A stretch of DNA of 64,000 nt from an uncultured virus (IMG/VR IMGVR_UViG_3300028173_000001) (taxonomy: Duplodnaviria; Heunggongvirae; Uroviricota; Caudoviricetes), in the IMG/VR virus record IMGVR_UViG_3300028173_000001; one strand, written 5' to 3'. The notes beneath the pieces are model-generated. The model was not told the origin of the DNA and made no database searches. It worked only from the letters and a program-made list of their open reading frames with translations. Each line of letters begins with the position of its first letter. Positions within the stretch are counted from its first letter, which is position 1. A program made the position numbers and the translations under genes. This document shows, piece after piece, positions 35,526 through 45,958 of the stretch.

Positions 35526-36240
35526 TTTCAAAATTGGGATTTTTTGTCCTACAAGAAAACGTGTCAAAATGTTGGCTCGATTGATGGATAGTGTTGTTTC
35601 ATTAGCAGCCAAGCCGGAACGCATTTCATTTCATTTATACATTGACAATGACGATGAAGCGACAATAAATTTCATTAAAAAAGTTGGTCCCCAATCATCG
35701 ATTCCAATTCACCTATTTATTGACAAGCATGATGTAAGGCCACTTTCTGACACATATAATGTTCTTTTCAATAATTCTGACGTTGATGTTATGATGCAAT
35801 TTGGTGATGACACAATTATGAGAACTAAAGGATGGGATTTATTAATTGACGAAGCGTTTGAAAAATATGATGATCGATTGGCATTAGTTTATGGTTGCGA
35901 TGGCGTGCATGATGAGGGCTTTGCAACACATTACGGCTTACATAGGAACTGGATAGAGTTATTAGGGTATGCATCACCTCCGTATTTCACAGCTGACTGG
36001 TCAGACGCATGGATGTTTGAATTAGCAAAAGCTGTGAATAGAAACATTTTCGTAAAAGATCTTGTTATAGAACATATGCATTGGACGCAAGGGAAGAGCG
36101 CTGTGGATGAAACAACAATGTTGGCTGAATTGCGCAGAAGAAATGATAACAATGAAATGCTATTCAGGTCTGACGAAATGGTTGCAGAGCGCCAAGCATC
36201 AATTGAGAAACTTAAACAAGCAATTGGAGACAAGCAGTGA
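35512..36240 (+). CDS. GT2-like glycosyltransferase
   Basis: PTRKR, YIDNDD, QFGDD, WSDAW, IEHMHW. Confidence 0.75.
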   Translation: MPTTNFKIGIFCPTRKRVKMLARLMDSVVSLAAKPERISFHLYIDNDDEATINFIKKVGPQSSIPIHLFIDKHDVRPLSDTYNVLFNNSDVDVMMQFGDDTIMRTKGWDLLIDEAFEKYDDRLALVYGCDGVHDEGFATHYGLHRNWIELLGYASPPYFTADWSDAWMFELAKAVNRNIFVKDLVIEHMHWTQGKSAVDETTMLAELRRRNDNNEMLFRSDEMVAERQASIEKLKQAIGDKQ

Positions 36241-37760
36241 TTGATATTTTATTTGTACATACAAATTCTTCGAAGATAGTATATCAAGATTTAAGTTCGC
36301 GACATTCTGCAATTGAACCCCCGATATGGGCTGCTCTTTTAGCAAACTCTGTCCGATCAGTTGGTTTTTCACCAGCAATTTTGGATGCTGAAGTAAACCA
36401 ATTGACTGATAAAGAGACAGTTGCACAGATTATCGAATATAATTCCAGGATTGTTTGTTTTGTTGTTTACGGCCAGCAACCTAGTGCATCTTCACAGAAT
36501 ATGTCAGCAGCCACAGCTGTGGCTGCTAGCTTAAGAAACGAAGATCCGAATTCGTTCATTTTATTTGTAGGGGGCCATGTAGCCGCGCTGCCTACGAAAA
36601 GCCTCATTGACGAGCCTGCCATTAATGCAATCTGTTTAAATGAGGGTGTATATGCAATCCGCGATTTATTGGCTGTAACAAACCTAAAGGATGAAAAACA
36701 GCTAGAGAAAGTGTCAGGTCTTGGCTTTCGTAATGTCGAGAATAATATTGTTATAAATCGTGCGTCCAGAATTGTTCCACAAGCATTAATGGAAACAGAT
36801 TTGCCTGGTATGGCATGGGATCTACTACCTGATTTTTCTAAATATAGAACTGCAGGATGGCACTCATGGTCAAATGATTCTGACAAAACACCCTTCGCCG
36901 CACTATATACATCATTGGGCTGTCCGTACCGATGTTCATTTTGTATGATTAATATTATTAACAGGACAGACAATCGTGCCGGCATTACTAGCGCTGACAG
37001 CAATAAGTTTAGATATTGGGATCCTAATTTTATTATTGAGCAATTCGATTATTTTGCTAAAATGGGCGTTAAGAACGTTAAGATCGCAGATGAACTATTT
37101 GTTTTAAACCCACGACACTTTGAAGCAATCTGCGATCTTATCATTTCACGTGGTTATAAGTTTAATATTTGGGCATATTCGCGAATAGACACATGCAAAC
37201 CGAAATATCTTGACAAATTAAAACGTGCCGGTATAAATTGGCTGGGCTTGGGAATTGAAAATCCAAATACGGTTTTGCGAAAATATGTGCATAAAGATAG
37301 CTTTAAGGAAGTAAGAATCAATGATGTCATGACTGACATGCGCAACGCCGGAATCAATATTGGCGCAAATTATATTTTTGGACTGCCAATGGATACTGCT
37401 GAATCGATGCAAGAAACCTTGGACTTTGCCATGGAAAATCTCACAGAGATGGTAAACGTATATTCTGCCATGGCATATCCTGGAAGCCCTCTTTACATGG
37501 ACGCAAAAAAGAATGAACTATGCTTGCCTAACTCATATGATGGCTATAGCCAACATTCATATAATACATTAAATTTGGCGACTGACAATTTGACGGCATC
37601 TGAAATTTTGGATTTTCGTGATAAAGCTTGGATGAAATATCACAAACATAAACCATATCTGGAATTACTTGAACAAAAATTTGGTATAAAAGCAAGAAAT
37701 GATGTAGAAGAAACATCGAAAATAAAACTAAAGCGAAAACTGCTTGGGGATGAAAAGTAA
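36237..37760 (+). CDS. B12-binding radical SAM enzyme
   Basis: N-terminal cobalamin domain (PPIWAALLA, VGGHV), CPYRCSFC, IFGLP, YPGSPLY. Confidence 0.9.
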   Translation: MIDILFVHTNSSKIVYQDLSSRHSAIEPPIWAALLANSVRSVGFSPAILDAEVNQLTDKETVAQIIEYNSRIVCFVVYGQQPSASSQNMSAATAVAASLRNEDPNSFILFVGGHVAALPTKSLIDEPAINAICLNEGVYAIRDLLAVTNLKDEKQLEKVSGLGFRNVENNIVINRASRIVPQALMETDLPGMAWDLLPDFSKYRTAGWHSWSNDSDKTPFAALYTSLGCPYRCSFCMINIINRTDNRAGITSADSNKFRYWDPNFIIEQFDYFAKMGVKNVKIADELFVLNPRHFEAICDLIISRGYKFNIWAYSRIDTCKPKYLDKLKRAGINWLGLGIENPNTVLRKYVHKDSFKEVRINDVMTDMRNAGINIGANYIFGLPMDTAESMQETLDFAMENLTEMVNVYSAMAYPGSPLYMDAKKNELCLPNSYDGYSQHSYNTLNLATDNLTASEILDFRDKAWMKYHKHKPYLELLEQKFGIKARNDVEETSKIKLKRKLLGDEK

Positions 37761-37762
37761 AT

Positions 37763-38296
37763 ATGAAAGCATTGATTATTACATGGGAAGGATACCAGGA
37801 TCACGAAGTAATTTATCCTTATTATAGGTGCCGAGAAGAAACGCCAAACGTTTCAATTATGGCAAACAAGGAAGTGATTTTTGGCATTATGGGCACGAAA
37901 ATGAATGCAGACCTAAACGTGTCTGACTTGTCAGTGAGGTATGACGAGATTTTTAATAAATATGATTTTTTAATTTTGCCAGGCGGTGTTAAGGCGTTGG
38001 AAAAATTACGACAAGATAAAAAAATACTTAGATTTGTTCATGAATGGGATGCTGCCGGAAAAATAATCGCTAGTACATGTCATGGCGCGCAATTATTAAT
38101 ATCCGCGAAGGTTGTAAAGGGAAGAGATATTTCTGGCTATTACAGTCTTGAAGATGACATTACAAACGCAGGTGCTGTTTATTCGCGAGAGCCTGTCGTT
38201 ATGTCTGACAACATCATTTCATCTCCTCATTATAATTGGATGGGGGAGTGGATGAAGGAGGCGATTGATGCATATTCTAGAAAAGAAAGACTATAA
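37763..38296 (+). CDS. DJ-1/PfpI family protein
   Basis: QDHEV, LPGG, TCHGAQLL. Confidence 0.85.
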   Translation: MKALIITWEGYQDHEVIYPYYRCREETPNVSIMANKEVIFGIMGTKMNADLNVSDLSVRYDEIFNKYDFLILPGGVKALEKLRQDKKILRFVHEWDAAGKIIASTCHGAQLLISAKVVKGRDISGYYSLEDDITNAGAVYSREPVVMSDNIISSPHYNWMGEWMKEAIDAYSRKERL

Positions 38297-38960
38297 AGAT
38301 GTTATTGTCAATAAACCATGGGGACATGAATATTTAGCATATCAAAATGAAAACCTAGGTATTTGGCTGCTTCGAATTGATGATGAAAAACAAACATCAA
38401 TGCATTGTCATCCTAAAAAAAATACCGGCCTGATTTGTTTAGACGGAAATGTTCAGGTTTCATTTTTAAAAAATAGTATTACACTCCGTGGTCTCGATAA
38501 AATCATGATTTTTAGAGGTAGATTTCATTCGACCAAAGCTTTGACATCCTCATTTGTTTTGGAAGTGGAATGCCCGCAAGATAAACATGACCTTGTAAGG
38601 CTGGAGGATAAATATGGAAGGACACATCTTCCGTATGAGGGAAATAAACATGAGCGAGCAAAGTCAGCAGACTCTTTGTGGTTAGATGATCCTGTCGATG
38701 ATGCTATAACATCTATAAATTTGTTTAATTGCAACTTTGTGATAAAAAACGTTAAATTAACAGCAGAGTTGCATAATCGCCCGTATGAAGAAGTTTTAGT
38801 TGTCCTTCGAGGTGGCCTTACGACTCCGTCGGGTGATGTTATTATCCAGGCCGGTGATGTAGTTGCTGGTCATACGATGAGTTTTTTGTCGACAAAATTT
38901 GGAATAATGCCCAATACAACACTACTTTCTATTAACAGGATAAGCTTGGATGAACTTTAA
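38265..38960 (+). CDS. cupin-domain protein (sugar isomerase-like)
   Basis: KPWGHE, TSMHCHPKK, FHST, DLVRLEDKYGR. Confidence 0.8.
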   Translation: MMHILEKKDYKDVIVNKPWGHEYLAYQNENLGIWLLRIDDEKQTSMHCHPKKNTGLICLDGNVQVSFLKNSITLRGLDKIMIFRGRFHSTKALTSSFVLEVECPQDKHDLVRLEDKYGRTHLPYEGNKHERAKSADSLWLDDPVDDAITSINLFNCNFVIKNVKLTAELHNRPYEEVLVVLRGGLTTPSGDVIIQAGDVVAGHTMSFLSTKFGIMPNTTLLSINRISLDEL

Positions 38961-40341
38961 TATTTTTGAGCATTTCGTATTCGATCTAGACAGAACTTTA
39001 TGGGATATTGTCGATCCTACCGGTAGACCAATTTGGGCGAAACAGACACTTCCACCATACCACATTCATAATGTCAACGCGTTAACTGAAAAAACAACTG
39101 ACACAATCATCGATGACGTTGGCAATATTTGTAAGCTTAGAATCGGCGTGCGAGATATGCTAGAATTTCTTCATAGTAATAAAAAAGTTGTTTCATATTT
39201 GTCAGGCGGAGCCGTCCATGGATTACATAACACAAACCAACCGTCAGTTATGTTATTGTCGACATTTGGTCTAACGCATTTATTTAACGGCGATAGAATA
39301 CTTTTATATAAAACGCAGAATAAGGCGGAGCATTTTCCGCTAATAGCGAAAACTCAAAAAGCAGTTTTTTTTGATGATGATACAAAATACTTAGCTGAGG
39401 TTTCTGCAATTGGTGTGCCTGTTGTGAATACGGCAATGGTTTTTGATTATACAAACATGTTTGGCAATACAGGATTACCGGCAATAAATAGAAAATTACA
39501 AACCAAGAAATTGACTAATGAACAAGAATTAAAAATATTTGAACTTGCTGCAACAAGTCGTGCATTCGAAGAATATGCATTTAATCAATTAAAAAATAAA
39601 ACGATTAGTATACCGACGTATTTATCAGCTGGCCAAGAATACATCGCCGCAACACTTTCTGTATTTTTAGATCATCATGGTCCTACAAAAAGGCAGATTT
39701 TTATTCAACATCGAGGTCATTCGACATATCTTTCATTCGGTGGTGATCCTGAAAAATTAGTCCTAGAATTGCTTGGGCATAAAAATGGGTGCGCCGGAGG
39801 TATGGGCGGCTCAGCATCTATTCATTCAAAAGAAAAGCAGATATACGGTCATGACGGGCTTATGGGTTCACAAGCCCCTATCGCTACAGGCATGTGTTTT
39901 ACTAATAGGATATTTACGCTGTGTTTCGCCGGTGATGCAGCTGCTGAAGAAGATTATTTTTTGGCTTCTTTGGGATGGGCAGCAACGAAAGGGTTACCAA
40001 TATTATTCATTGTTGAAGATAATAATTTTTCAATATTAACTGAGAAAAAAGTACGTCGCAGCTGGGATATTAGTGATATAGCAAAATCATTTGGTCTCCA
40101 ATCATGCAATGTGACAGATGACCCGACCCAACTTTGGGAAACTCTTTCAAAGCTTGATTTATCGAAACCTGCACTTCTAAATGTTAAAACACATAGAAAG
40201 TTTTGGCATGCCGGAGCAGGTATTGATGATCCTACTACATTTGATCGACAAGATCAATTTTTGAAGAAATTTGGTGCTAGCCGGATTACAACTGCAGCAC
40301 GTTTTGTAAAGGATGTTTGGGAAAATGCCAAAAACACTTAG
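38950..40341 (+). CDS. fusion: MDP-1-like HAD phosphatase + TPP-dependent E1 alpha-like subunit
   Basis: FDLDRTLW...FFDDD; then YLSAGQE, HRGH, GMGGS, GDAAAEE..VEDNN. Confidence 0.8.
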   Translation: MNFNIFEHFVFDLDRTLWDIVDPTGRPIWAKQTLPPYHIHNVNALTEKTTDTIIDDVGNICKLRIGVRDMLEFLHSNKKVVSYLSGGAVHGLHNTNQPSVMLLSTFGLTHLFNGDRILLYKTQNKAEHFPLIAKTQKAVFFDDDTKYLAEVSAIGVPVVNTAMVFDYTNMFGNTGLPAINRKLQTKKLTNEQELKIFELAATSRAFEEYAFNQLKNKTISIPTYLSAGQEYIAATLSVFLDHHGPTKRQIFIQHRGHSTYLSFGGDPEKLVLELLGHKNGCAGGMGGSASIHSKEKQIYGHDGLMGSQAPIATGMCFTNRIFTLCFAGDAAAEEDYFLASLGWAATKGLPILFIVEDNNFSILTEKKVRRSWDISDIAKSFGLQSCNVTDDPTQLWETLSKLDLSKPALLNVKTHRKFWHAGAGIDDPTTFDRQDQFLKKFGASRITTAARFVKDVWENAKNT

Positions 40342-41260
40342 AAATACAATAAAAAACACAGTACAATTACATCTTTTGAACAATGATGGAGTTGCAATGG
40401 GCCAGTGTTTAACGGCTGTAGGCTGGGTAGGCGGTACGTTACCAGAATTATATGAAGAAGACGGTATGGTGGAGCTTCCAATGGCTGACGTCGCCGGCAG
40501 TGGATTTGTCGTCGGTGCTGCCTTAGCTGGAAAACGGCCAATGTATGTAATTCGATATCAAGGTTTTAACTGGTTTAATGCACCCATTATTATTAATTAC
40601 GCATGCAAATCTAAAGAAATTTGGAATAGACCATGCCCGATGTTCATAAGATCAATAGCCATGGAAGGCGGAATTGGCCCAGTCGCCGGTTCTTCACATC
40701 ATTCGTTATACTATCGGATGCCAGGTGTGAAAATATATGCTCCAATGTCATCGTCTGAATACACAGCAACATATAACATGTTTATGGACGACGATGATGT
40801 GTATTATGTATCTGAACATCGAGGTTCATACGACAACACTGATGATTTGGATGACGTCATTTTTGACAATCCGGATATTATTTTGTTCCCAATATCTATC
40901 ACGCGATTCGCTGCAATCGAAGCGTCAAGGCGACTTTTGTGCCTAGGGATTAAGGCGGCCGTAAGTCATATTTGGCAAATCAAACCCTTTGAACCATCAC
41001 GTGATGTATTAAACGATTTATCAGCCGCTGGCCGCGGAGTTGTCATTGATGATGATTATCGCGACGGCATTGCAAAAAATTTGGCTTTCGACATGATGGC
41101 AATTACACATGCATCAATGAGCGTGCTGGGCCTAGCTGACAAAACTGCAGGATTTCATCCTGCAGTTGACAATTTACCACCGAGTGCCGCTGATATTACA
41201 AAACATGTTATTGCGACTTTACAGGATAAAAACAATGCTATCGAAAAAAGAATTAATTGA
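40325..41260 (+). CDS. TPP-dependent E1 beta/transketolase-like subunit
   Basis: ELPMAD, GAALAGKRP, MPGVKIYAP, IKPF. Confidence 0.8.
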   Translation: MPKTLRNTIKNTVQLHLLNNDGVAMGQCLTAVGWVGGTLPELYEEDGMVELPMADVAGSGFVVGAALAGKRPMYVIRYQGFNWFNAPIIINYACKSKEIWNRPCPMFIRSIAMEGGIGPVAGSSHHSLYYRMPGVKIYAPMSSSEYTATYNMFMDDDDVYYVSEHRGSYDNTDDLDDVIFDNPDIILFPISITRFAAIEASRRLLCLGIKAAVSHIWQIKPFEPSRDVLNDLSAAGRGVVIDDDYRDGIAKNLAFDMMAITHASMSVLGLADKTAGFHPAVDNLPPSAADITKHVIATLQDKNNAIEKRIN

Positions 41261-41840
41261 ATTTGAGAATAAAGTCGCGGAATCATTTAATGCATCAAAT
41301 ATTTTAGCACCTATACATCTTCATAATGGAAATGAAGATCAATTACTTGACATTTTTAGTGATGTAAAACATAAAGATTGGATTTTTTCTAGCTGGAGGA
41401 GTCATTATCATTGTTTATTAAAGGGTGTCGATCCAGCCGATCTTATGCGTGATATTATCGCAGGCCGCTCAATTTCATTGTGTTATTCATCGCACAAGAT
41501 TATGTGCTCTGGAATTGTTGCTGGAACTATACCAATAGCACTAGGCACTGCATTAAATATTAAACTTCGTGAAGGAAGTGAGCATGTTTGGTGTTTTATT
41601 GGCGACATGACAAGTGAAACAGGAATAGCGCATGAATGTATAAAATATGCTACAAACTTTGATCTTCCGATAACATACATTGTTGAAGACAATCAAAAGT
41701 CAGTTTGCACAGACACAAAAAAGGCTTGGGGAATGTACACACCAACGTATGCAAACAGAAATGATAAACATGTACGTTATTATGCATATAATTTAATTAA
41801 ATACCCACATGCCGGCGCCGGCAAGCGAGTCCAGTTTTGA
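41235..41840 (+). CDS. short TPP-dependent E1 alpha-like subunit
   Basis: IHLHNGNE, WRSHYH, GDMTSETG..VEDN. Confidence 0.8.
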   Translation: MLSKKELIEFENKVAESFNASNILAPIHLHNGNEDQLLDIFSDVKHKDWIFSSWRSHYHCLLKGVDPADLMRDIIAGRSISLCYSSHKIMCSGIVAGTIPIALGTALNIKLREGSEHVWCFIGDMTSETGIAHECIKYATNFDLPITYIVEDNQKSVCTDTKKAWGMYTPTYANRNDKHVRYYAYNLIKYPHAGAGKRVQF

Positions 41841-42385
41841 CTAAATCAATGAAATATCGAGACGAGTTAACACGGGCCATGACGTGGTTGGGTTCGCAGT
41901 CCGATACGGTTTTTATTGGTCAAGCGGTGGCATCACCAGGAACATCGATGACAGGAACATTAATTGATGTTCCTGATAACAAAAAGATAGAAATGCCGGT
42001 GTCGGAGGAAATGCAAATGGGAATCACAATTGGGATGGCCGTCGATGGTTCAGTTCCTGTTTCGATATATCCAAGGTGGAATTTTTTATTGCTTGCAACA
42101 AACCAGCTCGTTAATCACTTAGATAAACTGCAGGCTTTTTCTGCGGGCCGTTATGCACCAAAGTGCATCATCAGGGTTGGGATTGGATCGGAACGACCCC
42201 TTCATCCACAACATCAGCACATCGGTGATTTTACAGACGCGTATCGCATGATGTTAACTAACACAGACATAATAAGACTCGACACACCAGAACAAATTTT
42301 TGACGCATATAAGACTGCATACGAAAGACAGGACGGCAAATCGACAGTGCTTGTTGAGTGGGGCGACTTCCATAATGAAAAATGA
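41837..42385 (+). CDS. short E1 beta-like subunit (pyrimidine-binding domain only)
   Basis: FIGQAV, EMPVSEE, NQLVNH, PQHQH. Confidence 0.8.
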   Translation: MTKSMKYRDELTRAMTWLGSQSDTVFIGQAVASPGTSMTGTLIDVPDNKKIEMPVSEEMQMGITIGMAVDGSVPVSIYPRWNFLLLATNQLVNHLDKLQAFSAGRYAPKCIIRVGIGSERPLHPQHQHIGDFTDAYRMMLTNTDIIRLDTPEQIFDAYKTAYERQDGKSTVLVEWGDFHNEK

Positions 42386-43331
42386 AAAACTTCTTGTGAT
42401 ATACAATACATGCGGGTTGTCAGGAAAAGAAAACAGTGATTGGTACATAAAAAGTATAGATTCGATACTACGACAAGACGCTAACATTCATTTGGTAATG
42501 TCTAGTTGCTGTAATACGCAGTTGACAAGACAGAAAGTAAAAGGCACATTCGGTGACAGAATATCTTACTGTTTTTTAGATTCTGTTGTTCCGGTTAATA
42601 TTTCGTGTAATTTTGCGGCGCTAGAAGCGGTGAGACAACATGGCACAAACTTCGCAGCATATGTTTACATTGATTCCGGAATGAACTTCGCAGATCAGAC
42701 AGATGTATTATCAAAAGGATATAATGAGCTGGTCAAGAATGATTACGGAATCCTGTCAATCCAAGCTTCAAACGATAACGGCTTCGAAGCATGGTTGGGT
42801 TTCAAGGGTTTTGTGACGAATGAAAATCACGTGATTCCAGTTGGCAAAGCTTGTAACAGCCATATTCATATTTTTAGCCAAGCCATATTCGACGGGTTTG
42901 ACGGGAGGCTGCAGCCCGACATTTTTGCGGCGTATTGCACAGAATCAACATTCACGTTTTTTGCTGCCTCTGTCGGAAAGCGCTGGGCAATTCTTAAAGA
43001 TTCGATTGTTGAACATGACAGGGGAATCGACGGCGCATCGTCGGGATTTAGTCATGTTGGGCTGAGGCAAGACCCATCGAACAACCTGCTTGGGGGCCTA
43101 GACATGCGCAAGATACTTTCTAACCCTGAAGCATGGAAATCCGGATTTGGATACGAAGAAATAAATTCTGTATTTTTGCATAATCAGGCTGTGTATGATG
43201 ACTCAGGAAAGCATAATGATCCAGAAAGACTCCGGGCGTTCCTTTCCCAAAATATGTTTCTGAGCAAGGAAATTATTGATTATGAAAATATGGCAAACTA
43301 TTCATTTTTTGTGGGAGTTCTAAATGATTGA
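42375..43331 (+). CDS. putative glycosyltransferase
   Basis: YIDSG DxD-like motif; cluster context. Confidence 0.55.
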   Translation: MKNEKLLVIYNTCGLSGKENSDWYIKSIDSILRQDANIHLVMSSCCNTQLTRQKVKGTFGDRISYCFLDSVVPVNISCNFAALEAVRQHGTNFAAYVYIDSGMNFADQTDVLSKGYNELVKNDYGILSIQASNDNGFEAWLGFKGFVTNENHVIPVGKACNSHIHIFSQAIFDGFDGRLQPDIFAAYCTESTFTFFAASVGKRWAILKDSIVEHDRGIDGASSGFSHVGLRQDPSNNLLGGLDMRKILSNPEAWKSGFGYEEINSVFLHNQAVYDDSGKHNDPERLRAFLSQNMFLSKEIIDYENMANYSFFVGVLND

Positions 43332-44139
43332 TGTTTCATTTTTCTTGCCAGGTATCAGGACGCACTTTTGGGAGCAAATGTATAGCACGGCGGTTGCAGC
43401 TTGCGGAAAGTATAGTTTTGAAATTGTAATTGTGAGCCCATTTGATGTGCCTGACAATCTTAAAAACGTTGAGTGCGTCCGGGTCATCAAAGATTTTGGA
43501 AACCCAACACGATGTGCACAGATTGCCGCTGCCAACACTCGCGGCCGGCTTCTGTATCATACCGTTGACGATGGCTTTTTTTATCCTGGTTCAATTGAAT
43601 CGGCTGTTACATTATATGACGCTACATGCTCAAAACTCGACATGATAAACATGCGATATAGGGAAGGCCCGGGTTATAGCGGTGCAGCATTACCGCTCGA
43701 TTTTTGGAGAGCATGGTCAAGCGCAGAGTTACAGTTGCCAGGCGTTGGGAAGGGATGGCGCACATCCCTTCATTTCCTTATTGATCGCGAGCGATTTGTT
43801 GAACTTGGAGGGTTCGATGCACAGTTCGAATATTTGAATCACCCCCTTCATGATTTTGCATTTCGCTTGCAAGCCGCCGGCGGGAAGATTTATCATTCGC
43901 CACATGAAGTAATAAACTGCACGCATTATCCGAATGAAACAATTGACCATGGGCCGATTCATAATGCACAAATTTTTCATGATGCTCCAATTTTTCATGA
44001 AATGTATCAATCGCCGATGGCTGCATTTGATCGTATACCAATTTCATTCGATAATTGGAAACAGTCGCCGCCGAGATGGGAACGCAGGTTCGGTGGTAAA
44101 ACACCAACAACCTACGAAGAAATGCTCAACAACGATTAG
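43324..44139 (+). CDS. GT2-like glycosyltransferase (paralog A)
   Basis: DFGNPTR, TVDD, LGGFD, WERRF. Confidence 0.7.
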   Translation: MIDVSFFLPGIRTHFWEQMYSTAVAACGKYSFEIVIVSPFDVPDNLKNVECVRVIKDFGNPTRCAQIAAANTRGRLLYHTVDDGFFYPGSIESAVTLYDATCSKLDMINMRYREGPGYSGAALPLDFWRAWSSAELQLPGVGKGWRTSLHFLIDRERFVELGGFDAQFEYLNHPLHDFAFRLQAAGGKIYHSPHEVINCTHYPNETIDHGPIHNAQIFHDAPIFHEMYQSPMAAFDRIPISFDNWKQSPPRWERRFGGKTPTTYEEMLNND

Positions 44140-44147
44140 AGGGTAAA

Positions 44148-44951
44148 TTGAAAAAGCAAACAGTCGGAATAATAGGATTGGGAACAGTGGGTTTGGCCTG
44201 CAAGTTTGGGTTCGAAAAATTAGGACACACCGTCGTCCATTATGACATAAAAGATGGTTCAAAACTGAAAGATGTCCTAAGTACATCAATTGTTTTCATA
44301 AGTGTCCCAACTGACCAGTTGGAAGATGGCACGTGTGATGTTTCTGTGGTCGAGGATACAATCCAGAGGCTCCGAAAGCACAAGTATGGTGGAATCATTG
44401 TCATAAAGTCTACGGTTGAACCAGGGACTACCAGCCGCCTTAGAGAAAGGTATGGAATGAACATCTGTTTTGTGCCAGAGTTCCTAAGGGAAAGATGTGC
44501 AACCTCAGACTTCGTCGAGAATCATTTGCTGTTGGCAATCGGATGTGAAGACAAGAAAACATTCAAGTTCATCAAGAAACTTCATGGAAATTACCCGAAG
44601 CAAATTGTAAGAATGGGATTGACCGAGGCCGAGATGGTAAAGTACTATTCCAATATCTTCAACGCCATGCGCGTCATATTCGCAAATGAATTTTATGAAA
44701 CATGCCAAGCAGTGGATGCTTCATACAATGATGTAAAAGCGGCGTTCATCAAAATGGGAACCGTTCCAGACCAATACCTCGACGTGAACGAAAACTTTAG
44801 AGGTTACGGAGGCGTTTGCCTTCCAAAAGATGTCAAAGCCATTGTCAGACTACAAGAAAAGCATAATGTCAATGCAGGATTATTTCGGAGTATTGACTAT
44901 GAAAATACAAAATACAAAACAACTGTGTTCGGAGAAATGCGACTAAAATGA
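44148..44951 (+). CDS. ugd: UDP-glucose/GDP-mannose dehydrogenase family (lacks C-terminal domain)
   Basis: GLGTVG, IKSTVEPG, PEFLRE, GYGGVCLPKD. Confidence 0.85.
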   Translation: MKKQTVGIIGLGTVGLACKFGFEKLGHTVVHYDIKDGSKLKDVLSTSIVFISVPTDQLEDGTCDVSVVEDTIQRLRKHKYGGIIVIKSTVEPGTTSRLRERYGMNICFVPEFLRERCATSDFVENHLLLAIGCEDKKTFKFIKKLHGNYPKQIVRMGLTEAEMVKYYSNIFNAMRVIFANEFYETCQAVDASYNDVKAAFIKMGTVPDQYLDVNENFRGYGGVCLPKDVKAIVRLQEKHNVNAGLFRSIDYENTKYKTTVFGEMRLK

Positions 44952-45958
44952 ATATCATGATTACCGGTTCGCAAGGTTTCATTGGAAGTTACCTTTGCAA
45001 TGAGCTACTAAAAGCTGGTCACAATGTCATAGGAATTGACAATTACTCAAAATATGGGAAAATTGTTCGGGCACACGATGATCATCCCTGTTTCACATTC
45101 TACGAAGAGGATGTCATCGGTCTCGAACAACGAGATTTGGCCAGATTTGGCGATGTCGATGTGATTGTCGGCATGGCAGCAATGATTGGCGGCATTTCTT
45201 ATTTCCACAAATATGCGTATGACCTGCTGGCAACGAACGAAAGGATTATGGCGTCGATTTTCGACACAGCAATCCACTTGCACAAAACAAAACAGCTCAA
45301 GCGTATCGTGGTTCTGTCAAGCAGCATGGTTTTCGAATCGACTGATGTGTTTCCAACACCCGAAAGTGTAATTGCCACAACTCCACCACCTTTGAGCACT
45401 TACGGGTTCCAAAAATTGGCTTGCGAGTACTTTTGCAAGGGTGCCAATGAGCAATACAACCTTCCCTACACGATTATTCGGCCATTCAATTGTGTCGGTG
45501 TTGGAGAAGACAAAGCCCTGGGCGAAGAAGTGGTCACAAGTGGCAATGTTGAGATGATGATGAGTCATGTTTTGCCTGATCTAATCAACAAGGTTGTCAA
45601 AGGTCAATATCCGCTACGTTTGCTAGGCCAGGGAAACCAGGTTCGTTGCTACACCAACGGAAAAGACATCGCAAGAGGAATTCGGGTAGCCATTGAGTCA
45701 CAGGCTGCCGAAAACGAAGATTTCAACATATCAACGAGACAACCAACAACAGTAAAAGAGCTCGCGACAGTTGTTTGGGAAGAATTGGGCGATCCAAGGC
45801 CGCTACTTTTTGAACATGATGAGCCATTTGACTATGATGTACAGAAGAGGGTCCCAGACGTTCAAAAAGCAACGGATGTATTGGGCTTTACAGCGGACAT
45901 TTCGTTGCGAGAATCAGTAAGGGAGGTAATTGAATATGTCAGAACACAAAAAGCCTGA
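44948..45958 (+). CDS. NAD-dependent epimerase/dehydratase (UDP-glucuronate decarboxylase-like)
   Basis: TGSQGFIG, YGFQK, RPFNCVG, KRVPD. Confidence 0.85.
   Translation: MNIMITGSQGFIGSYLCNELLKAGHNVIGIDNYSKYGKIVRAHDDHPCFTFYEEDVIGLEQRDLARFGDVDVIVGMAAMIGGISYFHKYAYDLLATNERIMASIFDTAIHLHKTKQLKRIVVLSSSMVFESTDVFPTPESVIATTPPPLSTYGFQKLACEYFCKGANEQYNLPYTIIRPFNCVGVGEDKALGEEVVTSGNVEMMMSHVLPDLINKVVKGQYPLRLLGQGNQVRCYTNGKDIARGIRVAIESQAAENEDFNISTRQPTTVKELATVVWEELGDPRPLLFEHDEPFDYDVQKRVPDVQKATDVLGFTADISLRESVREVIEYVRTQKA

Noticed and set aside
38950..42385. Pyruvate dehydrogenase as an auxiliary metabolic gene set
   Set aside because: No E2/E3, truncated subunits, altered GDG motifs and a glycan-cluster context favour sugar tailoring
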